Shown: piece by piece, positions 36,104 to 45,284 of the stretch | How the letters are laid out: each line of letters begins with the position of its first letter | Position numbering within the stretch: the stretch's first letter is position 1 | From: a virus | Lineage: Duplodnaviria; Caudoviricetes | Virus record (IMG/VR): IMGVR_UViG_3300011268_000751 | Location: 1-64,000 of that record | Reading direction: 5' to 3' (one strand) | Length of the DNA stretch: 64,000 nt | The notes under the pieces: generated by a model | Database searches by the model: none | What the model saw: the letters and a program-made list of their open reading frames with translations, nothing else | Told to the model about the DNA's origin: nothing | Position numbers and translations under genes: made by a program

Positions 36104-37006
36104 TTACTTAACGATATTTATCTTTGGAGTTTGTTGTCTCCAGAATTCTGCACCTTCACATTTCTTGAGAATTTCTTCTGGAAGAACATCCTTAGGATCT
36201 GGAGCAGTTGATTTGAGCTCTGATCTAACTTCATGCATGTCAGCAAGACCATAAGTAATTACATCTCTCTCACGATTTTGATTTTCAAGAGAGTTAAAAT
36301 CATGCTCGTAATACTCTTCTTCAAGAAATTCATAAATTCCTTTCATTGTTTTCTCAGGATTTTGAACGAGATCTTGATACTCAACAAAATACAAACGATC
36401 TTGAACTTCTTGTCTAAATGCTTCTGCTACTGCATTCATAGATTGACCTAGAATTCCTTCAGGTCCAGCAATGAATTCACAACGATTAGTATCATTAATT
36501 GGAATATTCTTCTTGACTAATTGTTCGTCAATGAAGTTAATCCTAGGCATTCCTTCTTGATAAGGATTACGACGGATCATTGTAATCATTGAAGTCAGGA
36601 TCTCATCAACAGATCTGACGGGAACAAGAATTTTTGCCTTCTGACGAATATATCCTTCAATATAAGGAACTCTCGCAGTCCAGGCACGGTTCTTATCAAT
36701 CACTACAGGTTTTTCTACATCACTATAGAACTGATGAATGATTGATGAGATAATTTGATCTGCTTGTTGTGGTTTTGGATATCCAAAAAAGAGTTCATCA
36801 TTCTGAAGATGACTCTCAATCGCATACATGGTTGATAAAACTGGACTAGAAGGTCCAGAATAAAAATTAGGATTTTGATTGAGAATAGACGAAAGAGCAG
36901 AACTTCCAGAGCGAGGAAGTCCTGCCATGAAATAATACTTTTTTGGTTTCATACTATTATCCATGGAGGAGAAAAATCCTCCCTTGATCTGATTATTTTT
37001 CGCCAT
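36104..37006 (-). CDS. PAPS-dependent sulfotransferase (Sulfotransfer_3/TPST-like)
   Basis: 5'-PSB loop AGLPRSGSSAL, DKNR, 3'-PB motif VPVRS..EILTS, VEYQDLV.NP. Confidence 0.9.
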   Translation of the reverse strand: MAKNNQIKGGFFSSMDNSMKPKKYYFMAGLPRSGSSALSSILNQNPNFYSGPSSPVLSTMYAIESHLQNDELFFGYPKPQQADQIISSIIHQFYSDVEKPVVIDKNRAWTARVPYIEGYIRQKAKILVPVRSVDEILTSMITMIRRNPYQEGMPRINFIDEQLVKKNIPINDTNRCEFIAGPEGILGQSMNAVAEAFRQEVQDRLYFVEYQDLVQNPEKTMKGIYEFLEEEYYEHDFNSLENQNRERDVITYGLADMHEVRSELKSTAPDPKDVLPEEILKKCEGAEFWRQQTPKINIVK

Positions 37007-37013
37007 AAGTTAA

Positions 37014-39743
37014 TTATATTTTTGTTGCTATAAAGTTGACAGTATAGTTAGTCGTCGATGTTGACGATGCTGCTGCAACTAGTCTAACATTTCCACCGGA
37101 AATGTCAACATCAAACGTTGCAACTTCAGTATTATATATGTTTCCATACTGAGTATCATAAGCATTTGTACCATCATGAATTGCTAGGATCTTAACCGCC
37201 TGATAGTTTGTTCCTCTTGTTGCCTGAATGGTATATTCAACTGAGCGATAAACTGAGGTTGACAATCCAGAATGAATTCCTGTTGCAATTGTAGATGCAG
37301 TAGATGCCTGAACTGATCCATAAACAGTAGTGTCATTTATTTGAATACTTCCACCAACTGTCAGTTTCTCTGTTGGAGTTATGGTTCCTATACCAATATT
37401 AAAGTTCTCATCACCGATTAACCAATAATTTGCTGCATTTGCGTCAGTTCTTACACCAATTGCTAATTGTTTATCTTTAGTTGTATCTGGGGAGTCGAAA
37501 TTATTACCCCAGTATTCTCCAGATCCAATGACAACTTTATAAGATGCTGAAGTTGATAGACCAGTATAATTTCCTAAGAATGTATTAAAAGAACCAGTTT
37601 GATTATAGTGACCTGATCCAGATCCAAAGAATGCATTATAACCACCAGTCGTATTATAATATCCAGCCCATGATCCTACTATAGTATTTTCTGTACCAGT
37701 AGTATTATAATATCCAGATTGTTCTCCTATAAAAACACTCCAACTTCCCGTTGTATTATTTTTACCACTTTCTTTTCCAAAAAAGTTATTTTGGGTTCCA
37801 GTTATGTTACTACATCCGTTATATCTTCCAAAGAAATTATTATCAGATCCAATAGTATTATTATATCCTGCTTGTTTTCCTATAAAGTTATTTGAAGAAC
37901 CAGAAGAATTGCATTTTCCTGCATATTGTCCTATGAAAATGTTTCCATCCTTAACACTGATTGATGAAGTTATTCCAGTTACATATAAATTAATGTCATC
38001 AGTAGGAGAAGTTCCACCAACTAAATTTCCCGGAACTGTTATTCTTTCATAAAGTGAGAAATTTTTAGTTCCTGTAAGTGTAGCACCCCAGTAACTTGGA
38101 CCTCCGCTACTATTTCTGGCAAAAGTATATATAAATCCTGTTCCACCTAGATTACCAGATAAATTGGGTATAGTATAAATTTGATTTGCTGCAGATGGAA
38201 CTATTGAAAATGAAAGATCTATACTAGTTACAGATCCACCTCCACCAATTCCATTAACAGTAATTCTTAGATCATTTGCTGGAGTAGATCCTCCTATTAG
38301 ATTTCCTGGTATTAAAATTCTTTCACCAACAACAAATCCAGATCCACCATTACCAATACTAGAACCACTAAGTTCTCCTATACTATTTCTATATAATGTT
38401 ACAGTAAATCCAATTCCACTTAAAGTTCCGCTTCTATTATTAAGGGTATAATTTTGATTTGCTTGAGAATTAATTAAATTTGCAACAGAATAGTTCGTAA
38501 CAATACCAGTTATTATTGATGTAACTGATGAAATTGAAAGTTTTATATCAGAGTCAGTAAAGACAATTCCAGTAGTTCCTCCTATACTAAGAACAGAAAC
38601 TGGATTTGTGGTTCCTAGACCAACTCTTCCTAATGTATGAATACCTGCTGAAGTTCTTACAAACTCTGATCCTGCTGGTGCAGTTACAGTCATAATACCA
38701 GCACCAAAAGCAACCGTTAAGTTGTCTCCAAAATCAATAGTTGATGCTGTCCCTACTATAACAGTATTGTCTCTTATCTGAACTCCTGCTCCAGTAGAGA
38801 CAATATTTGTAAGACCAGAACCGTCTCCAACAAATTTAGTTGCTGTTATAATACCAGTAGTATTAACGCTTGCGGTTGCAGTGAGTGTTGTAGAAACACC
38901 AGCAGTGGAAGCGTATGTTGAAACACCACTAGAGGTAGCATAAGTTGCTATGCCTGCTGTTGTAGAATACGTTGAAACTCCACTAGAGGTAGCATAAGTT
39001 GCTATACCTGCAGTAGAAGCATATGTAGAGATGCCAGCAGTGGAAGCATAAGTTGCTATACCTGCAGTAGAAGCATATGTTGAAACTCCACTAGAGGTAG
39101 CATAAGTCGCTATGCCTGCTGTTGTAGAATACGTTGAAACTCCACTAGAGGTAGCATAAGTCGCTATGCCTGCTGTCGATGCATATGTTGAAACTCCAGC
39201 AGTTGATGAATAGGTTGATAGACCAGATCTCGTAGCATAAGTTGCTATACCAGCAGTGGAAGCATATCCTGATGAACCTGTTATATTTGATCCAGCAACA
39301 TAAATTGCAGTTGCACTTACAATGCCAGTATTACCATAAACGGTAACACCAGATCCAATTACAATATTATTATTAGTTCCATCAAAAGTAATACTACTAT
39401 TACCAACTGTCAGAATTCCAGTAATTCTAGCATTACCATCAACAAATAATGCGGTAGTTCCACTTCCAATAACATGTAAGTCATATCGAGGAATAGTTGT
39501 CCCTATACCAACCTTTGTTCCAGTATAAATTCCTGTTGATCCAGAAACCCAAATCCCAGCAGTAGTCGAAATTCCACTTACATTAGATAAATCTGCTCTT
39601 GCTAATTCAAATCCACCAGTAGTAATGCCATTATGAACTCGTAAAGAGTTTGTATCAGTATTGACTGAAATTTCTCCAGCAGCACCTTTAAAATTATTAT
39701 TCTGACTCTGGCTTCCTCTTCTAAATTGAACTTGAGTAGGCAT
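37014..39743 (-). CDS. long tail fibre protein (Mtd-N/hyaluronidase-N-like N-terminus)
   Basis: QVQFRRG...GAAGE...DTNSLRVHNG N-terminus; 9-aa repeats; YadA-like repeats; C-terminal beta-sandwich. Confidence 0.88.
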   Translation of the reverse strand: MPTQVQFRRGSQSQNNNFKGAAGEISVNTDTNSLRVHNGITTGGFELARADLSNVSGISTTAGIWVSGSTGIYTGTKVGIGTTIPRYDLHVIGSGTTALFVDGNARITGILTVGNSSITFDGTNNNIVIGSGVTVYGNTGIVSATAIYVAGSNITGSSGYASTAGIATYATRSGLSTYSSTAGVSTYASTAGIATYATSSGVSTYSTTAGIATYATSSGVSTYASTAGIATYASTAGISTYASTAGIATYATSSGVSTYSTTAGIATYATSSGVSTYASTAGVSTTLTATASVNTTGIITATKFVGDGSGLTNIVSTGAGVQIRDNTVIVGTASTIDFGDNLTVAFGAGIMTVTAPAGSEFVRTSAGIHTLGRVGLGTTNPVSVLSIGGTTGIVFTDSDIKLSISSVTSIITGIVTNYSVANLINSQANQNYTLNNRSGTLSGIGFTVTLYRNSIGELSGSSIGNGGSGFVVGERILIPGNLIGGSTPANDLRITVNGIGGGGSVTSIDLSFSIVPSAANQIYTIPNLSGNLGGTGFIYTFARNSSGGPSYWGATLTGTKNFSLYERITVPGNLVGGTSPTDDINLYVTGITSSISVKDGNIFIGQYAGKCNSSGSSNNFIGKQAGYNNTIGSDNNFFGRYNGCSNITGTQNNFFGKESGKNNTTGSWSVFIGEQSGYYNTTGTENTIVGSWAGYYNTTGGYNAFFGSGSGHYNQTGSFNTFLGNYTGLSTSASYKVVIGSGEYWGNNFDSPDTTKDKQLAIGVRTDANAANYWLIGDENFNIGIGTITPTEKLTVGGSIQINDTTVYGSVQASTASTIATGIHSGLSTSVYRSVEYTIQATRGTNYQAVKILAIHDGTNAYDTQYGNIYNTEVATFDVDISGGNVRLVAAASSTSTTNYTVNFIATKI
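38889..39266 (-). repeat. 27-nt-period tandem coding repeat, 14 units of Y(A/S)xx(A/S)G(I/V/L)(A/S)T
   Basis: Read directly in the 909-aa protein; several units are near-identical at DNA level. Confidence 0.9.
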
Positions 39744-39759
39744 TATAATACTTTTTAGT

Positions 39760-39766
39760 TATTTAT
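39760..39766 (-). promoter_or_regulatory. T4-type late promoter (ATAAATA)
   Basis: ATAAATAACTAAAAAG upstream of the 39743 start. Confidence 0.75.
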
Positions 39767-39767
39767 G

Positions 39768-39986
39768 TTATCTTGGATAAAGTAGTCCAACCTTTGGTCT
39801 TAAGTCCACTGGAATTAAAATACTATTTAATGTTTTACCCTCTGCCAGTATTACTGAAGGTGGAATCGCAATATCAATTATTGTGGTGGGAGTTACTGTT
39901 CCAACTCCAACTATAAAACTCGTAATTGCTAATCCAACACTTGCCTGACCTAATGGACTTTGATTAAATGATGCCATATCAAACAA
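39768..39986 (-). CDS. small virion-associated protein
   Basis: 72 aa ending RPKVGLLYPR; third gene of a repeated module. Confidence 0.65.
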   Translation of the reverse strand: MFDMASFNQSPLGQASVGLAITSFIVGVGTVTPTTIIDIAIPPSVILAEGKTLNSILIPVDLRPKVGLLYPR

Positions 39987-41016
39987 CTCTTGCCAAGAAC
40001 ATGGGAGATGCTCCTGTAGTTATTGTCGCATTATTCGCAACGTTAATCATTTCCCATTCTTCAACTCCACTAGAAACAACTAATCTATCTTGAAGTGCCA
40101 TAGTATTGTTTGCATAATGCATAGATATTCCAAAATCATCAGGAAGTCCTTTAAGTAAATACTGGCTATATTGAGCTCCTGTAAAAATCGGAGTAACATT
40201 TGCTGCATACGCTGGATTATTATTACTAAATGCAACAGGAAGACCTATAGGAGGAAGTTCATATGCTGGATCATAATTGCCAGCACCATTAAAATTACTA
40301 GTGCTGCTACTTAAATTACCAACACCAGAATATGCTGAAACTATATAATTGGTATAATTGAAACTATTATTATTATAAAGTCCAGCACTGGTCGCTCCAT
40401 ATAACCCAGATCCTACTGGGTGATATGATCTTCTTAAAGCTAAAAATTGACGAAATCTAGCATATCCTTGAACACTACTTGTTCCGACAGTTGATTGTAG
40501 TAAGTGATGAAAAAATACTTTATTCAGATCAATCCATGATACAATTTTTCCTGCAACAGATGGATGAGCAATATGGAAATTAGAAGATGTTGACCCATTT
40601 CGGATAAAAAACCAATTAAAATTAGTGTCAATATTACTCCGATATCTAGTTATAGTGAGAGTTGTTGTATTAGACCAAGAAAGAAAATTATAATGATTTG
40701 TGCTGACGTTAGTTGTAGTAGAAAAATAATCTAAATACTGAGTTCCTGTTGGGACATGAGTTGTTGAATTCCATCCACTGGCAAGAGCCAAATACGTTGC
40801 ACCACCATTAAATATAAACCAATAATAGGTTTTACCATAGGTTTTTGATGCATCATACTGAACTTCAAGAATTCTATTTTCCATGGTTCCTGATAGAAAA
40901 CTATCATACCAATCAGTCATCAATCCAGCATCAATAAAAACACTTTTAATAAGATCAGCATGTTGTGCTGCGGTCCATGTTGGACTTAATGTATAAGTTT
41001 GAGTAGTTACTGCCAT
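39979..41016 (-). CDS. tail fibre-associated structural protein (paralog of 26010..27497)
   Basis: Shared C-terminal LPDD motif and terminal RVV/RIV. Confidence 0.78.
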   Translation of the reverse strand: MAVTTQTYTLSPTWTAAQHADLIKSVFIDAGLMTDWYDSFLSGTMENRILEVQYDASKTYGKTYYWFIFNGGATYLALASGWNSTTHVPTGTQYLDYFSTTTNVSTNHYNFLSWSNTTTLTITRYRSNIDTNFNWFFIRNGSTSSNFHIAHPSVAGKIVSWIDLNKVFFHHLLQSTVGTSSVQGYARFRQFLALRRSYHPVGSGLYGATSAGLYNNNSFNYTNYIVSAYSGVGNLSSSTSNFNGAGNYDPAYELPPIGLPVAFSNNNPAYAANVTPIFTGAQYSQYLLKGLPDDFGISMHYANNTMALQDRLVVSSGVEEWEMINVANNATITTGASPMFLARVV

Positions 41017-41017
41017 A

Positions 41018-43024
41018 TTATGCTTCCATTTTTACTATAGTTATATTGAAAGAAATATTTGTTGAAATTCCTGATAAGTTATTCATAGTTATGTATATTT
41101 TATTTGTAATTGGGTCATCATTATTAAATCCAATTACGAAAGGTGTAATATTTACTGTTGATAATCCAGCGGTTGCAATTTCTGCAACTAATCCACTACC
41201 AGCAGAAGGATCATTATTAATTGACCTATTTAAATCACTTGTCCTAGAAGCATCATCAATATATAGACGTATCCAAGCAGCGGTTGATAACCCTACTTTC
41301 ATTATTCCATAAGTTTTAAATCCTGATATTTCTGTTACTCCAATTCCATTCGATGGTATAAGAGTTGTAATTCCAGAAACAGTTGTTCTAGATGGTAATG
41401 AGGATGTAGCATTAACTGTTGCTATTCCAGCAGAAAATGAAACTGAAATATTTGATCCAAAATCAATAGTTCCCGCAGTTCCAACTAAAATATTATCATC
41501 TAAAACTTTAATTCCACCGCTTCCTGTAGGTAAATTGGTTAATAAAGATCCATCACCAACAAACTTAGATGCAGTTATAATTCCTGTCGTATTAATATTT
41601 GAAGTAGTTCCAACTCCAACAGTTTGTGGAGTCCATTGACTATTTGAAGAGTTCCAAGCTAGTGCTTGACCGTTTGTTGGTGTTACTGTAGAGGTATCAA
41701 CATCATCTAAATTGTTAATTACATACCCAAGAGTTGTAGGAGTAGTTGTAAGAAAAGATGCTGTCGGTGGTGTAAAGTTAGAAGTATATCTTGCAAAATT
41801 ACTTACTCGTATTTCGTCCAAATATCCTAAAGTTGTTCCAGCATTACTATAATGAGGACCTATTGTTAATGATCCTGTTGCAATATTTGTAGAAAGAGTT
41901 CCACTTTCAAATAAGGATCCATTTATAAAAATTCTAAGCGTGGTTCCTGATCTAGTGCAAGCAAGATGGTTCCACTGATTAAGAGTAGTTGTATTTCCAC
42001 CACTCGTTCCTCCAGTTATATAAGATACTCCTCCACCATAAGTATAGAAAAATACTTTACGCGAAAGAGCATCATCAGTATATGTAAAATTCCAACTATA
42101 TCCTGCGCCATTATCTAAATTAAAGAATAATTTATATCCAGTAGTAAATTGAGTAGGATACCACCAACATTCAAATGTAAAATCTCCCGATCCAAAAGTC
42201 TCTATTCCAGAAACTGATAATGAGTCACTTAAAGTTGTTCCAGTATAATATGATGATGATCCAAATTTAGATTGAGCTGTCGAAATTGTCCCTGTTCCAT
42301 TTCTTGTTATTGTTCGTTTTAATAAACTGCTATCAGTAAAAGTTGTGGAACCATTAGTTCCTTCCATACCAAGTAACAATTTTACATTATTAACGTAAAA
42401 TGGATCTACAAATGTATTATAGTTATACCCACCAATAACTGGTCCAGCAATCCACTGACCATTCTGATAAATTAAAGCTCTACCATCAGTTACTGTATTT
42501 AAACCTGAAACATTAACACCAGATAGTGTTGTAAATGCTAAACCAGCTAATGATCCAACTGTAAGAATTCCGGAAATTCTAGCATTACCTGCTATCCAAG
42601 TATCACCATTTACCCATAAAGAAGTTCCAGATGCTCCTACTGAACCTACCTCCAATTTATATCTTGCATTTGTGGTCCCTATACCAAGATCACCTTGAGT
42701 GTCAATTACAACTATTGAAGATCCAGTTCCTACTTGGAAAGGTTGTGTTGGTTTGGCAGTTCCTATACCAAGATTACCTTGAGTGTCAATTACAAATATT
42801 GAAGATCCAGTTCCTACTTGAAAAGGTTGTATTGGATTGGTAGTTCTTATCCCAATAGAAGATGAAAAAGTTACAGTACTACCTATACTATTCGTATTCC
42901 CATTAAAGGTAATTCCACCAACGTTGCCAATAGTAAGAATGCCTGTAATTCTTGCATCCCCATTAACGAGGAGAGCATTTGTTTGACTTAAAGGTTGAAT
43001 AGTATTTACCTTTAACGTACTCAT
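41018..43024 (-). CDS. tail fibre with LamG/ConA-like domain
   Basis: ISTAQSKFGSSS...FGSGDFTFECW...WNHLACTRSG...GYLDEIRVS; C-terminus shared with 27503..28189. Confidence 0.85.
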   Translation of the reverse strand: MSTLKVNTIQPLSQTNALLVNGDARITGILTIGNVGGITFNGNTNSIGSTVTFSSSIGIRTTNPIQPFQVGTGSSIFVIDTQGNLGIGTAKPTQPFQVGTGSSIVVIDTQGDLGIGTTNARYKLEVGSVGASGTSLWVNGDTWIAGNARISGILTVGSLAGLAFTTLSGVNVSGLNTVTDGRALIYQNGQWIAGPVIGGYNYNTFVDPFYVNNVKLLLGMEGTNGSTTFTDSSLLKRTITRNGTGTISTAQSKFGSSSYYTGTTLSDSLSVSGIETFGSGDFTFECWWYPTQFTTGYKLFFNLDNGAGYSWNFTYTDDALSRKVFFYTYGGGVSYITGGTSGGNTTTLNQWNHLACTRSGTTLRIFINGSLFESGTLSTNIATGSLTIGPHYSNAGTTLGYLDEIRVSNFARYTSNFTPPTASFLTTTPTTLGYVINNLDDVDTSTVTPTNGQALAWNSSNSQWTPQTVGVGTTSNINTTGIITASKFVGDGSLLTNLPTGSGGIKVLDDNILVGTAGTIDFGSNISVSFSAGIATVNATSSLPSRTTVSGITTLIPSNGIGVTEISGFKTYGIMKVGLSTAAWIRLYIDDASRTSDLNRSINNDPSAGSGLVAEIATAGLSTVNITPFVIGFNNDDPITNKIYITMNNLSGISTNISFNITIVKMEA

Positions 43025-43029
43025 ATCTT

Positions 43030-43332
43030 TTACTCTGGTTTAGGATATTTATTTTTCACTTCACCAATCATCTCTTTCCAACCATCATAACCTTGATGAT
43101 ATAAAGTATCTAACTGATCTACAATTGATGGGTATTCTTTAGCACGATCTCTTTGATATTGATTTCTTTCGTATTCTAATTGAAGTCTTTCTATTTCTCG
43201 ATTAATTTCTTCCTCTGTTGGAGGTGGTAATTCATTTTCATCAAACCAAACAAGTCCATCATAACTATCACCAGTTAAAGACCATTCTGCTCCAGGTCTT
43301 AATGAAAGAATTGCGGAGGATATACTTATCAT
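43030..43332 (-). CDS. XkdW-like small protein (putative fibre assembly factor), copy 1
   Basis: AILSLRPGAEW...Y.GLVW...PTEEE...YQRDRAKEYP...KYPKPE. Confidence 0.7.
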   Translation of the reverse strand: MISISSAILSLRPGAEWSLTGDSYDGLVWFDENELPPPTEEEINREIERLQLEYERNQYQRDRAKEYPSIVDQLDTLYHQGYDGWKEMIGEVKNKYPKPE

Positions 43333-43871
43333 GATGTTATCTCCATTAATATAATATTACTACAACTAAGCATATCTTGACTAACTCTATCATTTATATA
43401 TAGAGGACTACTTCCCCCAGCCCATCCAGAATTTGCATATATTTGGTAGGTTAGTGTGGAAGTAGTTCCCGGTGAGTCCAAATATTCTATAGGCATACTA
43501 AAAATTTGATTTGATCTGGTGGCATCACCACTATCTTGAGAAGATTGATAATGAGTCCAATAACAATTAGATCCTCCAGATTGATTGTTTCCTCCATGAT
43601 TTGGCATCAAATCAGATCCATTCCTGTAGATATGAATTCCACAAACATAAGTATAACTACAAACAAGCATCGCGCTAATTAATATTTTATTAGAGCTTGA
43701 TGATGGTGTTATGGATGCAGAAAGACCAGTAATTGCTTGTGGTGTTGTTGAAGTAATTGATTGTCTAACAAATCCGGTATTTGCAGAAACGACTTGAATA
43801 ACGCTTCCAGTGCTATTCAGTAGTGGCTTTCCAGAAGTTGTTTGAATAGCATTAGCTCTTAATGTACTCAT
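43329..43871 (-). CDS. short fibre-tip-like beta-sandwich protein, copy 1
   Basis: STGSVIQVVS...SITPSSSSNKILI...LDSPGTTSTLTYQIY...ILMEIT. Confidence 0.75.
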   Translation of the reverse strand: MSTLRANAIQTTSGKPLLNSTGSVIQVVSANTGFVRQSITSTTPQAITGLSASITPSSSSNKILISAMLVCSYTYVCGIHIYRNGSDLMPNHGGNNQSGGSNCYWTHYQSSQDSGDATRSNQIFSMPIEYLDSPGTTSTLTYQIYANSGWAGGSSPLYINDRVSQDMLSCSNIILMEITS

Positions 43872-44194
43872 GATCCCTCAGGTTTTGGATATTTATCTTT
43901 TACAGCAAGACAAGCATTTATGTATGCCTGAATTTGATCTTGATCTCCTTTTACGATACCATCAAGATAGTCTCTAAAATCTGGATATTCTGGAGCACGA
44001 AGTCTTTGATACTCAGTGTCTTCCCATTCCTTTTGAAGTCTTACTACTTCTGCTTCAACTTCTTCTCTGGATGGTTTCTTTTGACCTCCTTCATAGACTG
44101 GTGGTTCTAACCAAACAAGACCATCATATATTCCACCATTAAGAGACCAACTTGCCCCAGGTCTTAATGAATTTAATGCATCTGCAATATCCAT
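43868..44194 (-). CDS. XkdW-like small protein, copy 2
   Basis: ALNSLRPGASWSL...YDGLVW...YQRLRAPEYP...KYPKPE. Confidence 0.7.
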   Translation of the reverse strand: MDIADALNSLRPGASWSLNGGIYDGLVWLEPPVYEGGQKKPSREEVEAEVVRLQKEWEDTEYQRLRAPEYPDFRDYLDGIVKGDQDQIQAYINACLAVKDKYPKPEGS

Positions 44195-44694
44195 TATCCA
44201 GAAATCTCCATAAGTGTAAGGGACGAAGTGCTATTATATAATACATTTGTGGGATGTCTATTAAAATATCCTGTTCCTCCATCAACAACCATTTGCAATT
44301 TATAAGTAGTTGCTGAAGTAGTTGCTGGAGAGTCTAAAAAATTAAAAGAAGCTGTTGGTGCATATGTAGTATTCCAAGATGTAAAAGATCCAGCACCATT
44401 ACCTGGAGCACTTGCAGGCTGAGCAATCCAAGTTCCACCTCTAAATACCCTAAAGCTGCATGTAGCAGTTGTACTATTAGAAACACCACCTATAGTAATT
44501 AGCACAAGAATTTTACTAGAACTTGATGATGGAGTTATAGTAGCGTTAAAACCAGTTACATCAACATAAGACGTTGATGATGTTGTAAATTCATCATTTT
44601 TAAAAGCACTAACAATTTGTAAAATACTTCCTGTGCTGTTTAATATTGGTTTTCCTGCAAGTGTAGTAATTGCATTAGTCTTTAATATACTCAT
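44194..44694 (-). CDS. short fibre-tip-like beta-sandwich protein, copy 2
   Basis: STGSILQIVS...ITPSSSSSKILV...LDSPATTSATTYKLQ...LMEISG. Confidence 0.75.
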   Translation of the reverse strand: MSILKTNAITTLAGKPILNSTGSILQIVSAFKNDEFTTSSTSYVDVTGFNATITPSSSSSKILVLITIGGVSNSTTATCSFRVFRGGTWIAQPASAPGNGAGSFTSWNTTYAPTASFNFLDSPATTSATTYKLQMVVDGGTGYFNRHPTNVLYNSTSSLTLMEISG

Positions 44695-44698
44695 AGTT

Positions 44699-45256
44699 TT
44701 ATATTATCGCCCAAGTTGCACCACTATTTACTGTAACCGTTACGCCATTATTTATGGTAATTGGTCCAATACTCATCTCATTATAATCTGTAGTTATTGT
44801 ATAATCTGTGGAAATCGTTGGAGTATTACGGAAAAATGGTGCCTGAGATAAAGTAATAGGACTTGTGGAAATCAATCCCCCCGTGCTTGTAATTCCAGAA
44901 ACGGTAACATTTCCAGAAACTTGAAGTTTTGATACTGGATTTGTTGTCCCTATACCAACATTAGATGATGTGTGAATACCTGCAGAAGTTGTAACCCACT
45001 GAGATCCTATTGGTAAATTAACTAATCCAGAACCATCTCCAACAAATGCTGCAGCAGTTATAGTACCACTAGATCCACTAATAAGAATGGAAGAATTAAT
45101 TCCAACTGTTAATATTCCAGTTACTCTTGCATTTCCTGAGACTTCAAAAAAAGATACGGGAATAGTAGATCCTATACCAACATTTCTAGAGGTTGGATTT
45201 ACTGTTACTCTATCAACAGAAACTAAATTTGCCGATTGGCGACTTTTCCCTGGCAT
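44699..45256 (-). CDS. short tail fibre-like protein
   Basis: Hinge modules; C-terminal DYTIT...MSIGPITINNGVTVTVNSGATW. Confidence 0.8.
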   Translation of the reverse strand: MPGKSRQSANLVSVDRVTVNPTSRNVGIGSTIPVSFFEVSGNARVTGILTVGINSSILISGSSGTITAAAFVGDGSGLVNLPIGSQWVTTSAGIHTSSNVGIGTTNPVSKLQVSGNVTVSGITSTGGLISTSPITLSQAPFFRNTPTISTDYTITTDYNEMSIGPITINNGVTVTVNSGATWAII

Positions 45257-45269
45257 ATCTTTTTTTAGT

Positions 45270-45276
45270 TATTTAT
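45270..45276 (-). promoter_or_regulatory. T4-type late promoter (ATAAATA)
   Basis: ATAAATAACTAAAAAA upstream of the 45256 start. Confidence 0.75.
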
Positions 45277-45284
45277 TTTTAGGT

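Noticed and set aside
38889-39266. Regular short repeats as a possible CRISPR array
   Set aside because: In-frame coding repeats with no unique spacers; no cas genes in the window
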